From positions 50,160,001 through 50,224,000 of the forward strand of contig NW_024704742.1 in assembly GCF_018977255.1 (NCBI RefSeq): DNA of 64,000 nt, read 5' to 3'. How positions within the stretch are numbered: position 1 is the stretch's first letter; each line of letters opens with the position of its first letter. The translations under genes and the position numbers were made by a program. Origin of the DNA: Callorhinchus milii (taxonomy: Eukaryota). Positions 52,051-64,000 of this stretch are shown here, one piece after another. Below the pieces are notes generated by a model. The model was not told the origin of the DNA. It made no database searches and saw only the letters and a list, made by a program, of their open reading frames with translations.

Positions 52051-55000
52051 AAAAGCATGAACTGCCTTTACCGAGGAATTGCCTCAGCAGGATAGGAAAG
52101 CCGCAAAAATGAATCAACAAAGATCTTATCAATTTATTAACTTAATTGAGAAATCAGCAAATATTTTCTTCACCTGAAGGTGCAATGCTTTCGTGCAAAG
52201 GTAAGTCTTATGCAGTGTTACAAAACATTGTTCGTTCTGCAAGGTTGAGATTTCTCCACGTGCAACGGAGGAATGCACACAGCAAGAGCCTAGCTGACGG
52301 TGCAATCCCAACACATTCACAGGGGTTTACTACCATTTGGCACATTACGTGTACTATCTTCAAAATAAAGACTGGATAGTTCAAAAGCATCAGCACTAGC
52401 TTTTTAAGCATTCCAAAGCATAGCAAAAGAACGCAAAATCATGAGAGTTATGAACAAGTTGTGAATGATCTCAATGGTTATGTCTAAGGGGACGCCTATG
52501 AAAAACCCACTAAAATATTGAGTCATCAGATACAAAACTTCCTCCTCGTCAACCGTTCCTCTCAGTAATGCATTGTAAATCTAAACCACTTGGCATACAA
52601 GCTTTTGCCCCACATGTTAGGTCATCATCGATCAGTTTGTTCGCCAAGATTTCCCAAAAAAGCCTTTTTTTCTTAGAATTCATAGACCTGCCAAAGTGTC
52701 AGTCAATGCTGCCTTAATCCTGTCATTTATTTGTTGGGGAAAGACTCAAGCATTTACTCTCTCTTCACAAAACTGCCCCCAATGAAAATGTAGTTCACAA
52801 ATGCTGTGATCTTCTTTGAAATGATTCAGCCAACTTATAACTAGCTGTCAAAGCCTTGGGGTCACTATCAGGCTCAGACCAATACGCTTTCTAATTAGAA
52901 ATGCTGGCTCGCTCACAAGTAATGACAGCACCGATCAGTGTGCTGTACAATCTTTCATGTACAGACAGTGCCATACTGCTTGATCTGGTGCTGTATCATG
53001 AACTGGTTGCGACATGTCCTTTATTGCATTAACCGATTCCCTGGTTTGGTTGAATGACTGGTGCCTGTAGCTGCATTCTCCTGACATTGGTAACAGTCCA
53101 TTCACCACTGTCATACACATTCACTCAATTTATCAGATTGTTACAACTGTAAGTACTTTCACATACGTCAGGTTTACATTCTGAAGATGATATTTACTGT
53201 TCTGTACACTCAACCTCGCCGTTTTGCAGCAGGAGGTGCCCAGCCTAGCTAGTGTTCAAATAGGACTAGATGTGATGTTCTCTGCACATGACTGTGCATG
53301 GTTCATTGATGGTTATGACAATTCCTAGAGAGACTCACGCAGGGTTCAGTCAATTTGGATCAACGGTTTATATAGCCTTTCAGTGTTCCACTGTAATAAA
53401 CAAAGACTTCACAGTACATGTATTGCAAAACTGAAGGAGGAACCCAAGTATTATTTATGACAGGCCCCACATGAGTACATTAAGCAGAGAACACTGGGCA
53501 TATACCAGCAATTTAAGACATTGTAATCTGTTTAGGAGGTTTAGAAATCATTATAAACTGTGAAAGTGGAGCAAAAATGGTTTATGATTGTCATTGGACC
53601 CTGATATTAGATTACTAAACATTCACTATCCTATTTACATTTGGAAAACAATGAGTTTTTTTAATATTATTTTACCCTCCACTTTGCTCTCCTCTTCGCT
53701 TGGCAGTACTGACTCTTGCTGGTTCCACAGCAAAGACTACTCCCCAAGTAACCAATGCAGAGTCTAGATAGTGAGCACAACTTCAGGACATAGAACAGAC
53801 AAACAAAATTCTGTGCTGACCTGACATCCACACACATGTACTTTCCAATAGCGTTCATCAATAGTGACCCACATCAGGAATTCTAATGATTTCCACCTCC
53901 CTAACCTAGGGCTGAGGGTAAGTGTGCCATACGTGGATCAAACATGGGACTTCCTAAGCCTGATTCAATTCTACACAGGATAATACCTGTCAGAATCGAG
54001 TCATTAGGAAGCTCTGAATATGTTTACCTGATGGTATCTGATTATTTGAAACCACAGCTGCTTTGTTAAACTAACGGTGCTTTGAATTTTTATGGCATTA
54101 GAAACTCATGGCATATAATCGAGAACCTGACAGAATAGCCAGTTATTTTTACACTGAATTGCACAAAACTCCATCCTCATTTTATTTTACTGCACACTGT
54201 CCACCAAATTTGATATCAATGTCTGTGAAGCTCTTTGAGGCATTCCAATGTGATACAACATTATAAACATGCAAGTTTGCCCTTTTTCTTAGTGTAATGT
54301 CTCCCAGAAACAGATTGAATCTTCAAACAAGGAGGAAACAAAAAGAAATCCAATGGTGTTGCTTGGTAATTACAAATAACCTTTAAGGAGCTCCTTCATG
54401 ACATATACTACACCCACCAAACTAAATACAATTCCACTCACTTCTTGGAGAAAAGGATATAGGAACATTCCAATTACAATAGGTTTATGAGTGGATTCAA
54501 GTGGCTTGACATATAAGGGTTATCTTTTTGATACTTATGATTCACCACCTGCGACTCTGCCAAAGGAAAATTCTTTTCGAGACAGGTTGTAAAAAGGGCA
54601 CCTATATGTCACCTACACTTAATAGCATTAGTCTTTTCTTATTGCTCAGTGACATTCTCCAGCAAGTTTGTGACTTGAAGATACTATTGTCTGCTGCATG
54701 TCAATAATTGTTTTTGACAGATGATTGCCAGTCATCCCACAGTCATCATAAGCCTCTTAAAGTCAAATCATAATTGATAAGTTCATCACTAATTTTAACT
54801 GGCAGATACAAGAGCTATTTTGAATAGTATTTTAATTCTTTATATTCTCTCTCAGGCCTTTTCTTATTTCACAAAACGTTGCCTAAGAATGGATGTTTGG
54901 GTCTCCTGGTTATGAGAACTTCCAATGTGTGCTCCTGGAAGGATAGTAATAAAAATGGTAAGTGTGGGTGGTATTTGTGAGCTTATGTTTCTATAGCTAA

Positions 55001-55509
55001 AGAAGTGCAAATGGGAGAAAGGATAGGAGTGCTGTTTTGCTTGGCACAGAGGTATAGGTGTAGGCTGCTATCGCCCACATGTTTAGTGAATAGCTGCCCT
55101 GTGTTGAGCACAGATGGCAGAAGCATGATCCACTAGACAGTAATTTTGACTCTGATACAAACCGTTTTGATAATTTTGTGATTGTCGTAGTTCTTTGAAA
55201 CTCACATCACTCCTAATTCACTGGTTGAGAACTGAAACCATATATTCAATTTAGGAATTTATTTAGTTTTCAACTTCAAATACAAATAGAAATTCAAAAC
55301 AATTATTGTTCATCAGAACAAAAATGTATAAGCCAGAAGTCATTTTTTTAAAAACATGATCAGACATGATCAGATTCCTTACAAAGGCCTCTCTGTTCTT
55401 ACCAGAAAATTTGAATGCAAAATGTAGACCAGACCTTTCCCCATTGCACACTAAACAAATCATTAAATATTACCAGCAATGTGGCTGTTAATTCTAACCA
55501 TGATGTGCA

Positions 55510-55940
55510 TGGGTCAACCTGCCTCAATTTGCAGCATTCTTGGCTTTGAGTCAGAAGGTCACAAGGTCAAGCCTAACATCGGGATTTTGAACATACAGTC
55601 TAGTCTGGCACTCCAGATCAATGCTCTGGGAGATCAGCATTGTCAGAGATGCCATCTTTCAGGTCAGATAGAAATTTAAACCATGGTCTTATCTGCCTGT
55701 TTAGGTAGATGTTAAAGATTCCATTGGCACTCATCAAAAAAAGAAAGGAGGTTCTCCTGGTAACTTTACTTAAAATATCCCAAATACAATTGGTCATTCA
55801 TTTCATGATTATTTATGGGTCAAATTGGCTGCCCCTTTTACCTCCAAATACACAGTAACTATATTACACAGTAAATCCTGTGAAGTACTTTGAGACGTCT
55901 TGATAACATGATAAGGTGCTATATCAAATGCAAGGATTGT
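55510..55940 (+). mobile_element. Deu-core SINE
   Basis: gagtcagaagg..., ggtagatgttaaagattcc, and tail gtgaagtactttgagacgtc..gctatatcaaatgcaagg. Confidence 0.8.
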
Positions 55941-56529
55941 TAATTGCATCACTAACGTGATTCTGAAAGGCTTAATCTAATTCCACTCCTGCTCTTTGAA
56001 TTATTTGTACATTAGAGAAAAAGAGCATATGCAATAGTTTGTCTATGGTATGTAACTTCCCAATATTCTTTGTTTCACATATTTCTACTGAACTACTGTA
56101 CTATGTTTGCAAGACTGAAAATTAATGCTCAATAATGAATTGGTTTACTCTGCGTCCTACACTCTATGCAGAGAATACCTTGCTAAATGGGCTCAGTGTT
56201 ATTCTGCTCTGTTCCTTACATTTAACACCTGTGAACCTGTGCATAAATAAATAGTGTAATTCTAAATGTATAATCTTATTTTGCCTTATAATTTCATACA
56301 TTTTATAATTTAGAACTGGTATACAGTCGTTTATTTATAAACATACAGATTACTTTTTAAAATTTTCTATTTTTAATAGAATAGGTACTTTGTTTCACCC
56401 CCAAAATACATAGTCAACCCACTTTACGGTATATTCTGTGAAGTGCTTTGAGACATCTTGACAACGTGATAAGATACCATATAAAATAGAAAGATTATCA
56501 TCATTATTATCATTATCATTACTAGGCTC

Positions 56530-56880
56530 GCTGATGGCTCAGCAAGTATATTCAGTGAGCAGCTGCGTAGAGAGATTGGAAGGGTCCCAGGTTCAATTCT
56601 TTGGCCAGTGTGGAGTCAGCTGATTTCAGTCAGAGTGGCACTAGGAGCACTACAATTAGTTTCAGCACACTGGGTTAGGGAGGAAGCAAATCAGCGAGGT
56701 CCCACTCCCAATTGCTTTCTATTAACCTTTCAGTGTGAACACAGGATGAGGATACAATCAGATTGTGTTGTCCCATACAAATAGCCTACCAATGTTCACT
56801 GACAACCCTCACACATTATTAATAATATCTTCAGCAAGGTACCAGAGACAGTCAACTCCTGTGAAGCCATGTCCTGATTA
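56530..56880 (+). mobile_element. Old tRNA-like-headed SINE of a third family
   Basis: TGGCTCAG..CCCAGGTTCAATTC A/B-box-like head; core shared with 7120-7375. Confidence 0.55.
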
Positions 56881-57858
56881 GAAAGTAACTACAAGACTTA
56901 TAGAAGAAAGGAAGAATCATGATGGTTAAAAATGTGTTACTTGAACTGAAAGAAATATCTATCTTTCTGGAAGATACTCCTACTGGTTATGCTGTTTTCA
57001 GAAACACTTAAGATTTGCTCTCATGTGGTTTATGATGACACCTCAAAAACATTTGAGTCATAGCACACTGTGAAATTATTCAATTTATACTTAACCTACA
57101 GCCTACAGAGTAAGTTTTCAAAAGAAGATTATTTTTAATGCAGTTTATGCATTTGATCTATCTACCAATAGCTGATTTATTACTTTCTGAGTGTGTATTT
57201 TTGAGCTCATTGTAATGACTGAGTACTCCTGTTTGTACACCCCCTTCTCACCCAGGGTCAATGTTGCTCAGTCAACAATCAAACAGCCCCAGTGACTGAC
57301 AGTTTGAGAGATGATTTTGCTGTGACCCTAACATAAGAAGAGCATTGCAAATGTTTTGCAGTAACATAACTGCTTTATGCTGCTAATAAGGGCTTTTTCA
57401 TATGTTTAATCTTATTTCCCAAATGTATATATCACCGTGTTAATCAAGCGGACAAGCAATATCACATTTTTAAGTATTATTAAAATGCCTTGTTGGTTGG
57501 CTTTGCTGGACGTGCTGTGTTTTATGAAGTTGTGTACTGACTCCACCTAGAGGTTTTACATCAGTAGTAGCTTTTAATTTCTCAAAGTAGCCCAGGTGAA
57601 AAACAACCTTTCATGTTCTATAAACTACAGCTGGTAGCATCTAAGAACTTAACTACCCCCTCCCTAAAGACATCCCAAAAACTGGTTACCTTTGCACCAA
57701 ATATTTTGCTCACTGTGGGCTCTGTTTACTCCCTGCCATTTTGGAATTGACAAGTCTTCAACATGGCAGCTGTTCTGGAAACCTTTTGCCTTGAATTCAT
57801 TGATATTTTCCAATTCACATGAAAGTATCAACAAAGCAACCAAGTAAGCCTATTGTCA

Positions 57859-57959
57859 ATTATATATAAAATGCATTTAATAACAAATGGGCAATTGATA
57901 ACCCTGTTATATATATATATATCAATTGCCCATTTGTTGTTAAATGCATTATATATAAT
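57859..57959. repeat. Near-perfect inverted repeat (31-bp arms, 19-nt spacer)
   Basis: AATGCATTTAATAACAAATGGGCAATTGATA (57870-57900) against TATCAATTGCCCATTTGTTGTTAAATGCATT (57920-57950) gives 30/31 complementary positions. Confidence 0.95.
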
Positions 57960-58514
57960 ATATAATACACACATAAATATCTACTCTTGTCTTTCATACA
58001 AAATATATTTCACATTTTGGGGAGGTCCTGAAAGGGCACGTTTCAGTCGCTGATAATACTACACCTATTGTACACTCGCAATTTCTTTTTACGATAACTA
58101 CAATATATAGATGTCCCCCCAAAATAAAAACTTGCGTAGTGAGTGCGTGTTATATAAAATGCAGTGTCTTAATACTAACTGCTTGCATGTGTTTGTATGG
58201 CATACACCTCAGTTTACATTGCCATCTCTCTCTCTCTTAATGGATAAGCTGAACATTGAGCAGATATGCGGGTCTCGTGTAGCAGAATGCCTTGGAATAA
58301 GAATTTGCTTCAGACCCTCATTTGAAAGGCGTTCACGGTAGAAACACCGCAATTCGCGTAATGGATCAGTGAGAGTATTTGGTTTGAGTCAGACACGTTC
58401 CTGCCTGGTCTTGCAGAATGAATGAAGTTTTGCAGAAGGTCAGCGTGAAAAGAAGAATAGAAAGAGGTTTGACATCCACCCCCACCCCCTCCCCTCCCCT
58501 CCCACCCTACTCAC

Positions 58515-58591
58515 CCTGCCAGCCAGCACACCACCAGCACCGCACTCACAAGGGCTGAAGATGGCAATTTGCTCATCAGTTGCCTGTTCAT
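58515..58591 (-). CDS. gabra2: gabra2 first coding exon, signal peptide MNRQLMSKLPSSALVSAVLVVCWLA(G); whole exon 58515-58599 including 8 nt of 5' UTR
   Basis: Strong acceptor ttcaacttttcttcag|GACCAGACATG and donor GG|gtgagt. It encodes a hydrophobic stretch. The phase-2 end (GG+A = Gly) joins the 116-nt exon in frame. It lies about 0.95 kb from an upstream donor, near the CpG-rich region. Confidence 0.75.
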
Positions 58592-59547
58592 GTCTGGTCC
58601 TGAAGAAAAGTTGAAACACAGCGTTGAGATCGGGCGTCGGGGAGGGGGGGGAAAAAAAAAGCAGCAGCAGCAGCTTTGGAACTGCGAGACACCTCTACAA
58701 GTGTGGAATTGAACTGGATATGTTTGACTGCGACTCGCTGGTACCCAACAGGCGGTGGAAATGTGCACAGTCGGTTTTGCCACATTCAGTGCAATCTCCA
58801 AAGTAGCGCTGTGGTTTGCACAGTGCTGTCTGCATTACACCAGAGCAGGGAGGACACATGCATGTGAAATAACGTGCAGACTATATACCCCACCCCCCAC
58901 ACAAACACACACACACACACACGTATGTGTGTGCACATGTGAGATGTGTTCATGTGGTTTGTGACAGTGTGGCTCTCAGTGCTGCTACAGCAGTGCTGTG
59001 CAGCTCTCGGTGGCTATCACCAAAGTGACAAGACCAGGGATGGCCAGTGATCAAACACAGACTTCAGGACGATCCAGTGTTCCCAACTCGGTTTTTTTTT
59101 TTCTCTCCCCCCTCCCCCTCCCGATCTCAATGCTGACAGCTCCGATTCGGGAATCGGAAACAAAAACCCGGGCAAAAAAAAAAAAAAAATAATAATACTA
59201 CTAATAAAAAAAAACTACAGTAACAACCCCAACGACGGCTTGAACACATCTTCCCTGAAACCAGGACGATCTGTTGAGCGGAGACGAGCTGCGGTGGGCA
59301 GGGGATTCATCCACCAGGGGGGGGGGGGGGGATATAGTTTAATATCCTCTCCCACAGTCCTGGTTGAGGGCAGGAAAGGAGGCATCGTTTATAGCGGGCG
59401 AGTGCTTGTCTTTTTTTAGAGGGAGAAAATCACACAGGTAACGTTTGGGAAGGAGTGGGTGGGTGAGTGGGTGAGGAGGGATGGGGATGGGGATGGGGAA
59501 GGGGGGGTGGGGGGGGGGGGAGAGAGACAAGTGGACCTCTTGCTTAC

Positions 59548-59640
59548 CTGGGTGTTTGGAGGTGATGTGATGATCCGATCCGATGTGATCTCAACGGCTG
59601 GAGTCCGGCAAAGCCTGAGATGTGAAAGTTGTAGCACAGC
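59548..59640 (-). other. gabra2: Probable non-coding exon 1 (5' UTR) of gabra2; 5' boundary unknown and may extend through the repeats to about 60150
   Basis: Consensus donor CAG|gtaagc at 59547, in unique sequence between the promoter repeats and the ATG exon. Confidence 0.55.
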
Positions 59641-59649
59641 CCCCAGTGC

Positions 59650-60130
59650 TGCAGCCACAGCCACACACACACAGAGCCACACACACACACACAGCCACAC
59701 ACACACACACACACACAGCCACAGCCACACACAGCCACACACACACAGCCACACACACACACACACACACACCACACACACACACACACCACACACACAC
59801 ACACACACACAGACACACACAGCCACACACAGCCACACACACACAGCCACACACACACACAGAGCCACACACACACAGCCACACACACACACACACAGAG
59901 CCACACACACAGCCACACACACACAGCCACACACACACACAGCCACACACAGACAGCCACAGCAGAGAGAGCACAGCAGAGAGAGCAGAGAGAGAGCACA
60001 GCAGAGAGAGCAGAGAGAGAGCAGAGAGAGAGCACAGCAGAGAGAGAGCACAGCAGAGAGAGCAGAGAGAGAGCAGAGCAGAGAGAGAGCACAGCAGAGA
60101 GAGCAGAGAGAGAGCACAGCAGAGAGAGCA
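59650..60130. repeat. Compound microsatellite: (CA)n with CAGC interruptions, then a CAG/AGAG repeat
   Basis: Directly visible in the sequence. Confidence 0.97.
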
Positions 60131-60420
60131 GCGCTTGGCGGGGGTTAGAGCAGGCGGCGTGTGCGCAACACGGGAACGCGCTTTATGCTAACACAACCTC
60201 CGTTAATTTATGCTGATCCACAGTGGCACCCGAGTGATGACCGTACACTACCCATAGTCTGCGTCAAACTGCCGGCAGAGCGGCTCCCGACACGGCACTC
60301 GGCGCACTCCTGGTTCGGTGCAAAGCAGAACGCCGCTGACGGTCAGTCCCGAGCACAAGTGTGGTGGGGGGTTCAGCCCCGGGACCACCGGCTCCCCTCA
60401 AGGTCCTAGCGCTCGCCAGG
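60130..60420 (-). promoter_or_regulatory. CpG-rich putative gabra2 promoter
   Basis: Local CpG enrichment in an otherwise CpG-poor window, with GC-box-like GGCGG motifs. Two minus-strand GCATAAA TATA-like elements lie at about 60182-60188 and 60207-60213, upstream of the putative exon 1. Confidence 0.5.
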
Positions 60421-60429
60421 CTGCAATAC

Positions 60430-61376
60430 ACCACCCACACACACTCACATGCACACCCACCCACACACTCACTCACATGCACACACACCCACACACTCAC
60501 ATGCACACCCACCCACCCACTCACATGCACACCCACCCACCCACACACTCACATGCACACACACCCACACACCCACACACACACTCACATGCACACCCAC
60601 CCACACACCCACTCACATGCACACACACCCACCCACTCACATGCACACCCACCCACACACCCACTCACATGCACACACACCCACACACCCACCCACACAC
60701 TCACACATTCACATGCACACCCACCCACACACTCACCCACCCACCCACTCACATGCACACCCACCCACTCACATGCACACCCACCCACACACCCACCCAC
60801 ACACTCACCCACCACCCACTCACATGCACACCCACCCACTCACATGCACACCCACCCACACACCCACCCACACACTCACCCACCCACCCACTCACATGCA
60901 CACCCACCAACCCACCCACCCACTCACATGCACACCCACCCACACACCCACACACTCACCCACCCACCCACCCACACACTCACCCACTCACATGCACACC
61001 CACCCACCCACACACTCACCCACTCACATGCACACCCACCCACCCACACACCCACCCACACACTCACCCACCCACTCACATGCACACCCACCCACACACC
61101 CACTCACATGCACACCCACCCACACACTCACATGCACACACACCCACCCACCCACTCACATGCACACCCACCCACCCACCCACCCACTCACATGCACACC
61201 CACCCACACACTCACATGCACACACACACACACACCCACTCACATGCACACCCACCCACACACCCACCCAAACACTCACCCACCCACCCACTCACATGCA
61301 CACCCACCCACACACTCACATGCCCACCACCCACCCACACACTCACATGCCCACCCACCCACTCACATGCACACCA
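60430..61376. repeat. CA/CACC-rich minisatellite with a recurring CACTCACATGCACAC motif
   Basis: Directly visible, with dozens of variable-length units. Confidence 0.97.
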
Positions 61377-61974
61377 CGCCAATAAATGGCGCTAGGCTTC
61401 AATCTGCGATCTGCACTCGTGTTAATAATAATTCCATTCCCCTCCTCTGTGTATATTTTTCCTCCCCCCCCATCATTGCTGGCTTTGCTGTCTGCCTGTC
61501 AGTCGCTGTGTGACTGACTGACTGACTGAATGGGTTATCAGGTGCTCAGAGGGTTCAGCTCTGCAAATGCAGAATTATGTTTTGATTTTCTGTGGTGAAA
61601 AACAAACAACATCCCCGAGTGTGTTTGAGTGGAAACGTGTTGATCAGCTTTCCCAGTCAGTCTGATCTGTGCCTTTTCATCACTTGCAAACCGCTGTCAG
61701 TGCGGTCAGGAACAGCCCTGTGTTTGCAGCGCTCCCCCGGACTCTGCCTATTCTCTGCAATGTTCTCCCCATTTACTGAGCAATACTCCAGAGGATCCTG
61801 TGATCGCTTCTCTTGCATCAATAGCAGTTCGGTTCATTTACAATCCCCTATTACTTTCATTAAACATAAAACGATGTTAATGCCCGATTGATGTACGTTT
61901 TAATCTGTAAGATATTTGCAAACACGATGTTGTTTAATTCGCATATTGTTACGCATCTGGTTTGGATTTCACCG

Positions 61975-62325
61975 AGTGTGTGTGTGTGTGTGTGTGCCTG
62001 TGTGTGTGTGTGTGTGTGCCTGTGTGTGTGTGTGTGTGTGTGCCTATGTGAGTGTGTGTGTGTGTGCCTATGTGAGTGTGTATGTGTGTGCCTATGTGTA
62101 TATGTGTGTGCCTGTGTGTGTGTGTGAGTGTGTGTGCCTGTGTGTGTGTGTGTGTGCCTATGTGAGTGTGTATGTGTGTGCCTATGTGTATGTGTGTGTG
62201 CCTGTGTGTGTGCCTGTTTGAGTGTGTGGGTGTGTGAGTGTTGTGGGTCCGTGTGTGTGTGTGCCTGTGTGAGTGTGTGTGGGTGCCCGTATGTGTGTGT
62301 GTGTGTGTGCCTGTGTGTGTGTGTG

Positions 62326-62360
<35 letters not shown>

Positions 62361-62437
62361 CTGTGTGTGTGTGTGCCTGTGTGAGTGTGTGTGCCTGTGT
62401 GTGAGTGTGTGTGCCTGTGTGTGTGGGTGCCTGAGTG

Positions 62438-62469
<32 letters not shown>

Positions 62470-63404
62470 AGTGTGCTCGTGTGTATGTGTGCCTGTGTGT
62501 GTGTGTGTGTGCCTGTGTGTGTGTGTGCCTGTGTGTGTGTGTGTGGGTACCTGTGTGTGCCTGTGTGAGTGTGTGTGTGTGCCTGTGTGTGAGTGTGTGT
62601 GCCTGTGTGTGTGTGTGCCTGTGTGTGTGGGTGGGTGCCCGTGTGTGTGCCTGTGTGAGTGTGTGTGTGTGCCTGTGTGAGTGTGTGTGTGTGCCTGTGT
62701 GTGTGTGTGCCTGTGTGAGTGTGTGTGTGTGCCTGTGTGTGAGTGTGTGTGCCTGTGTGTGTGTGTGCCTGTGTGTGTGGGTGGGTGCCCGTGTGTGTGC
62801 CTGTGTGAGTGTGTGTGTGTGTGAGTGTGTGTGTGTGTGCCTGTGTGAGTGTGTGTGGGTGGGTGCCCGTGTGTGTGCCTGTGTGAGTGTGTGTGTGTGC
62901 CTGTGTGTGAGTGTGTGTGTGTGCCTGTGAGTGTGTGTGTGTGTGCCTGTGTGTGTGGGTGCCCGTGTGTGTGCCTGTGTGAGTGTGTGTGTGTGCCTGT
63001 GTGTGAGTGTGTGTGCCTGTGTGTGTGTGTGCCTGTGTGTGTGTGTGTGCCTGTGTGAGTGTGTGTGGGTGCCCATGTGTGTGCCTGTGTGAGTGTGTGT
63101 GTGTGCCTGTGTGAGTGTGTGTGTGTGTGCCTGTGTGAGTGTGTGTGTGTGCCTGTGTGAGTGTGTGTGTGTGTGTGCCTGTGTGAGTGTGTGTGTGTGC
63201 CTGTGTGAGTGTGTGTGTGTGTGCCTGTGTGAGTGCCTGTGTGTGCCTGTGTGTGAGTGTGTGTGAGTGTGTGTGTGTGTGTGCCTGTGTGAGTGTGTGT
63301 GTGTGCCTGTGTGTGTGTGTGCCTGTGTGAGTGTGTGTGTGTGCCTGTGTGTGAGTGTGTGTGCCTGTGTGTGTGTGTGCCTGTGTGAGTGTGTGTGTGT
63401 GTGC
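61975..63404. repeat. (TG)n-based minisatellite punctuated by GCCT and GAG
   Basis: Directly visible, about 1.4 kb long. Confidence 0.97.
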
Positions 63405-64000
63405 TGTCTAACACTGCAAGGTTTTGATCGTGTTATTTGACTTGAGTGATTTTGATTTCGTCTTTGCCCATATTTTGAGACAGACAGTTGTGATCGAGTG
63501 CATGTGTTTAGATTCTACTTTGTGTAGTGTATAAAGTATGAATAGCAATACATGACTGAACTACCCTCATCAGTTTTTTTTCGAAAATAAAGGGGCAAAC
63601 TTAATACACCAAACCTGGTCAATGGAATAATTCGGCCTCGGCCCCCCACCCCATCCATAATCTGCTTTACAGCACTTAACACAAGCATAAAGCACTTCAA
63701 GTTGCACAGATCAGTCATTTATATTCTGTCTATGTACACTTCCTATGAATAATTAAATACCTGTACTTTCACAAGCTTCCCTTGAGAAGAAAGATAGGGA
63801 AACTGCAGAAGAGAAGAGACAAATATTGTGAATGTGTTGACTGCTATTCCAACACTTTTACGCTCAGCCTCTATTGTTTCATTCCTCGAAGAGTTTTAAT
63901 TGCAATCTGTACGTTTTCCAAGTGCCTCACTCGGCATTTTCAACCCATGTAACTCACTGCACGTTTTATGTACACTAAATATGGTTATTATTATACTGCC

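Larger units (their letters stand above)
14922..59640 (-). other. gabra2: GABA-A receptor subunit alpha-2 gene, 5' part (exons 1-4; remaining exons presumably left of the window)
   Basis: Three coding exons with canonical AG/GT borders join in frame (77+116+68 nt = 87 aa). The product contains [31 protein letters not shown] and [13 protein letters not shown], typical of GABA-A alpha subunits. [11 protein letters not shown] matches alpha-2 as I know it. Confidence 0.88.

Noticed and set aside
52200..53200. Possible Harbinger-type transposase relic (CFGMLKK on the minus strand)
   Set aside because: Only one short motif, with no supporting motifs in order. It needs a profile search.
60370..60395. 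REST/NRSE site (TTCAGCCCCGGGACCACC) in the promoter
   Set aside because: It has several mismatches and wrong spacing relative to TTCAGCACCACGGACAGCGCC.
60430..61376. CRISPR-like array (constant motif with variable spacers)
   Set aside because: The spacers are CA/CACC simple repeats, the context is vertebrate, and there are no cas genes.
59416..63414. Long His/Thr/Pro- and Cys/Val-rich ORFs (up to 410 aa)
   Set aside because: They are translations of CA/TG microsatellites, open in many frames on both strands.

Overview
Vertebrate genomic DNA, almost certainly from a cartilaginous fish and probably a chimaera/holocephalan, judged from the repeat content (L2 LINEs with (GTT)n tails, tRNA-headed SINEs with a Deu-type core, CR1, and a Penelope-type palindrome). 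The window holds the 5' part of a GABA-A receptor alpha-subunit gene on the minus strand, best called gabra2. Its parts are a CpG-rich promoter flanked by microsatellites near 60.1-60.4 kb, a probable non-coding exon 1 (donor at 59547), a signal-peptide exon (58515-58599), and the 116-nt (27118-27233) and 68-nt (14922-14989) exons. The coding parts splice in frame to [88 protein letters not shown] found no later exons, so they presumably lie to the left of base 1. The rest is intronic or upstream sequence. Most long ORFs in the track are L2 reverse-transcriptase fragments or microsatellite translations. I see no new protein-coding system. The most interesting non-obvious signals are: a palindromic insertion with a 14-bp TSD and two degenerate minimal hammerhead-ribozyme motifs; a five-copy unclassified A-tailed repeat family; a young inverted L2 pair bracketing exon 4; a near-perfect 31-bp hairpin in intron 2; several nested retroposon insertions with visible TSDs; and decayed piggyBac, RTE and CR1-clade relics. 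Repeat boundaries are read by eye and are approximate.
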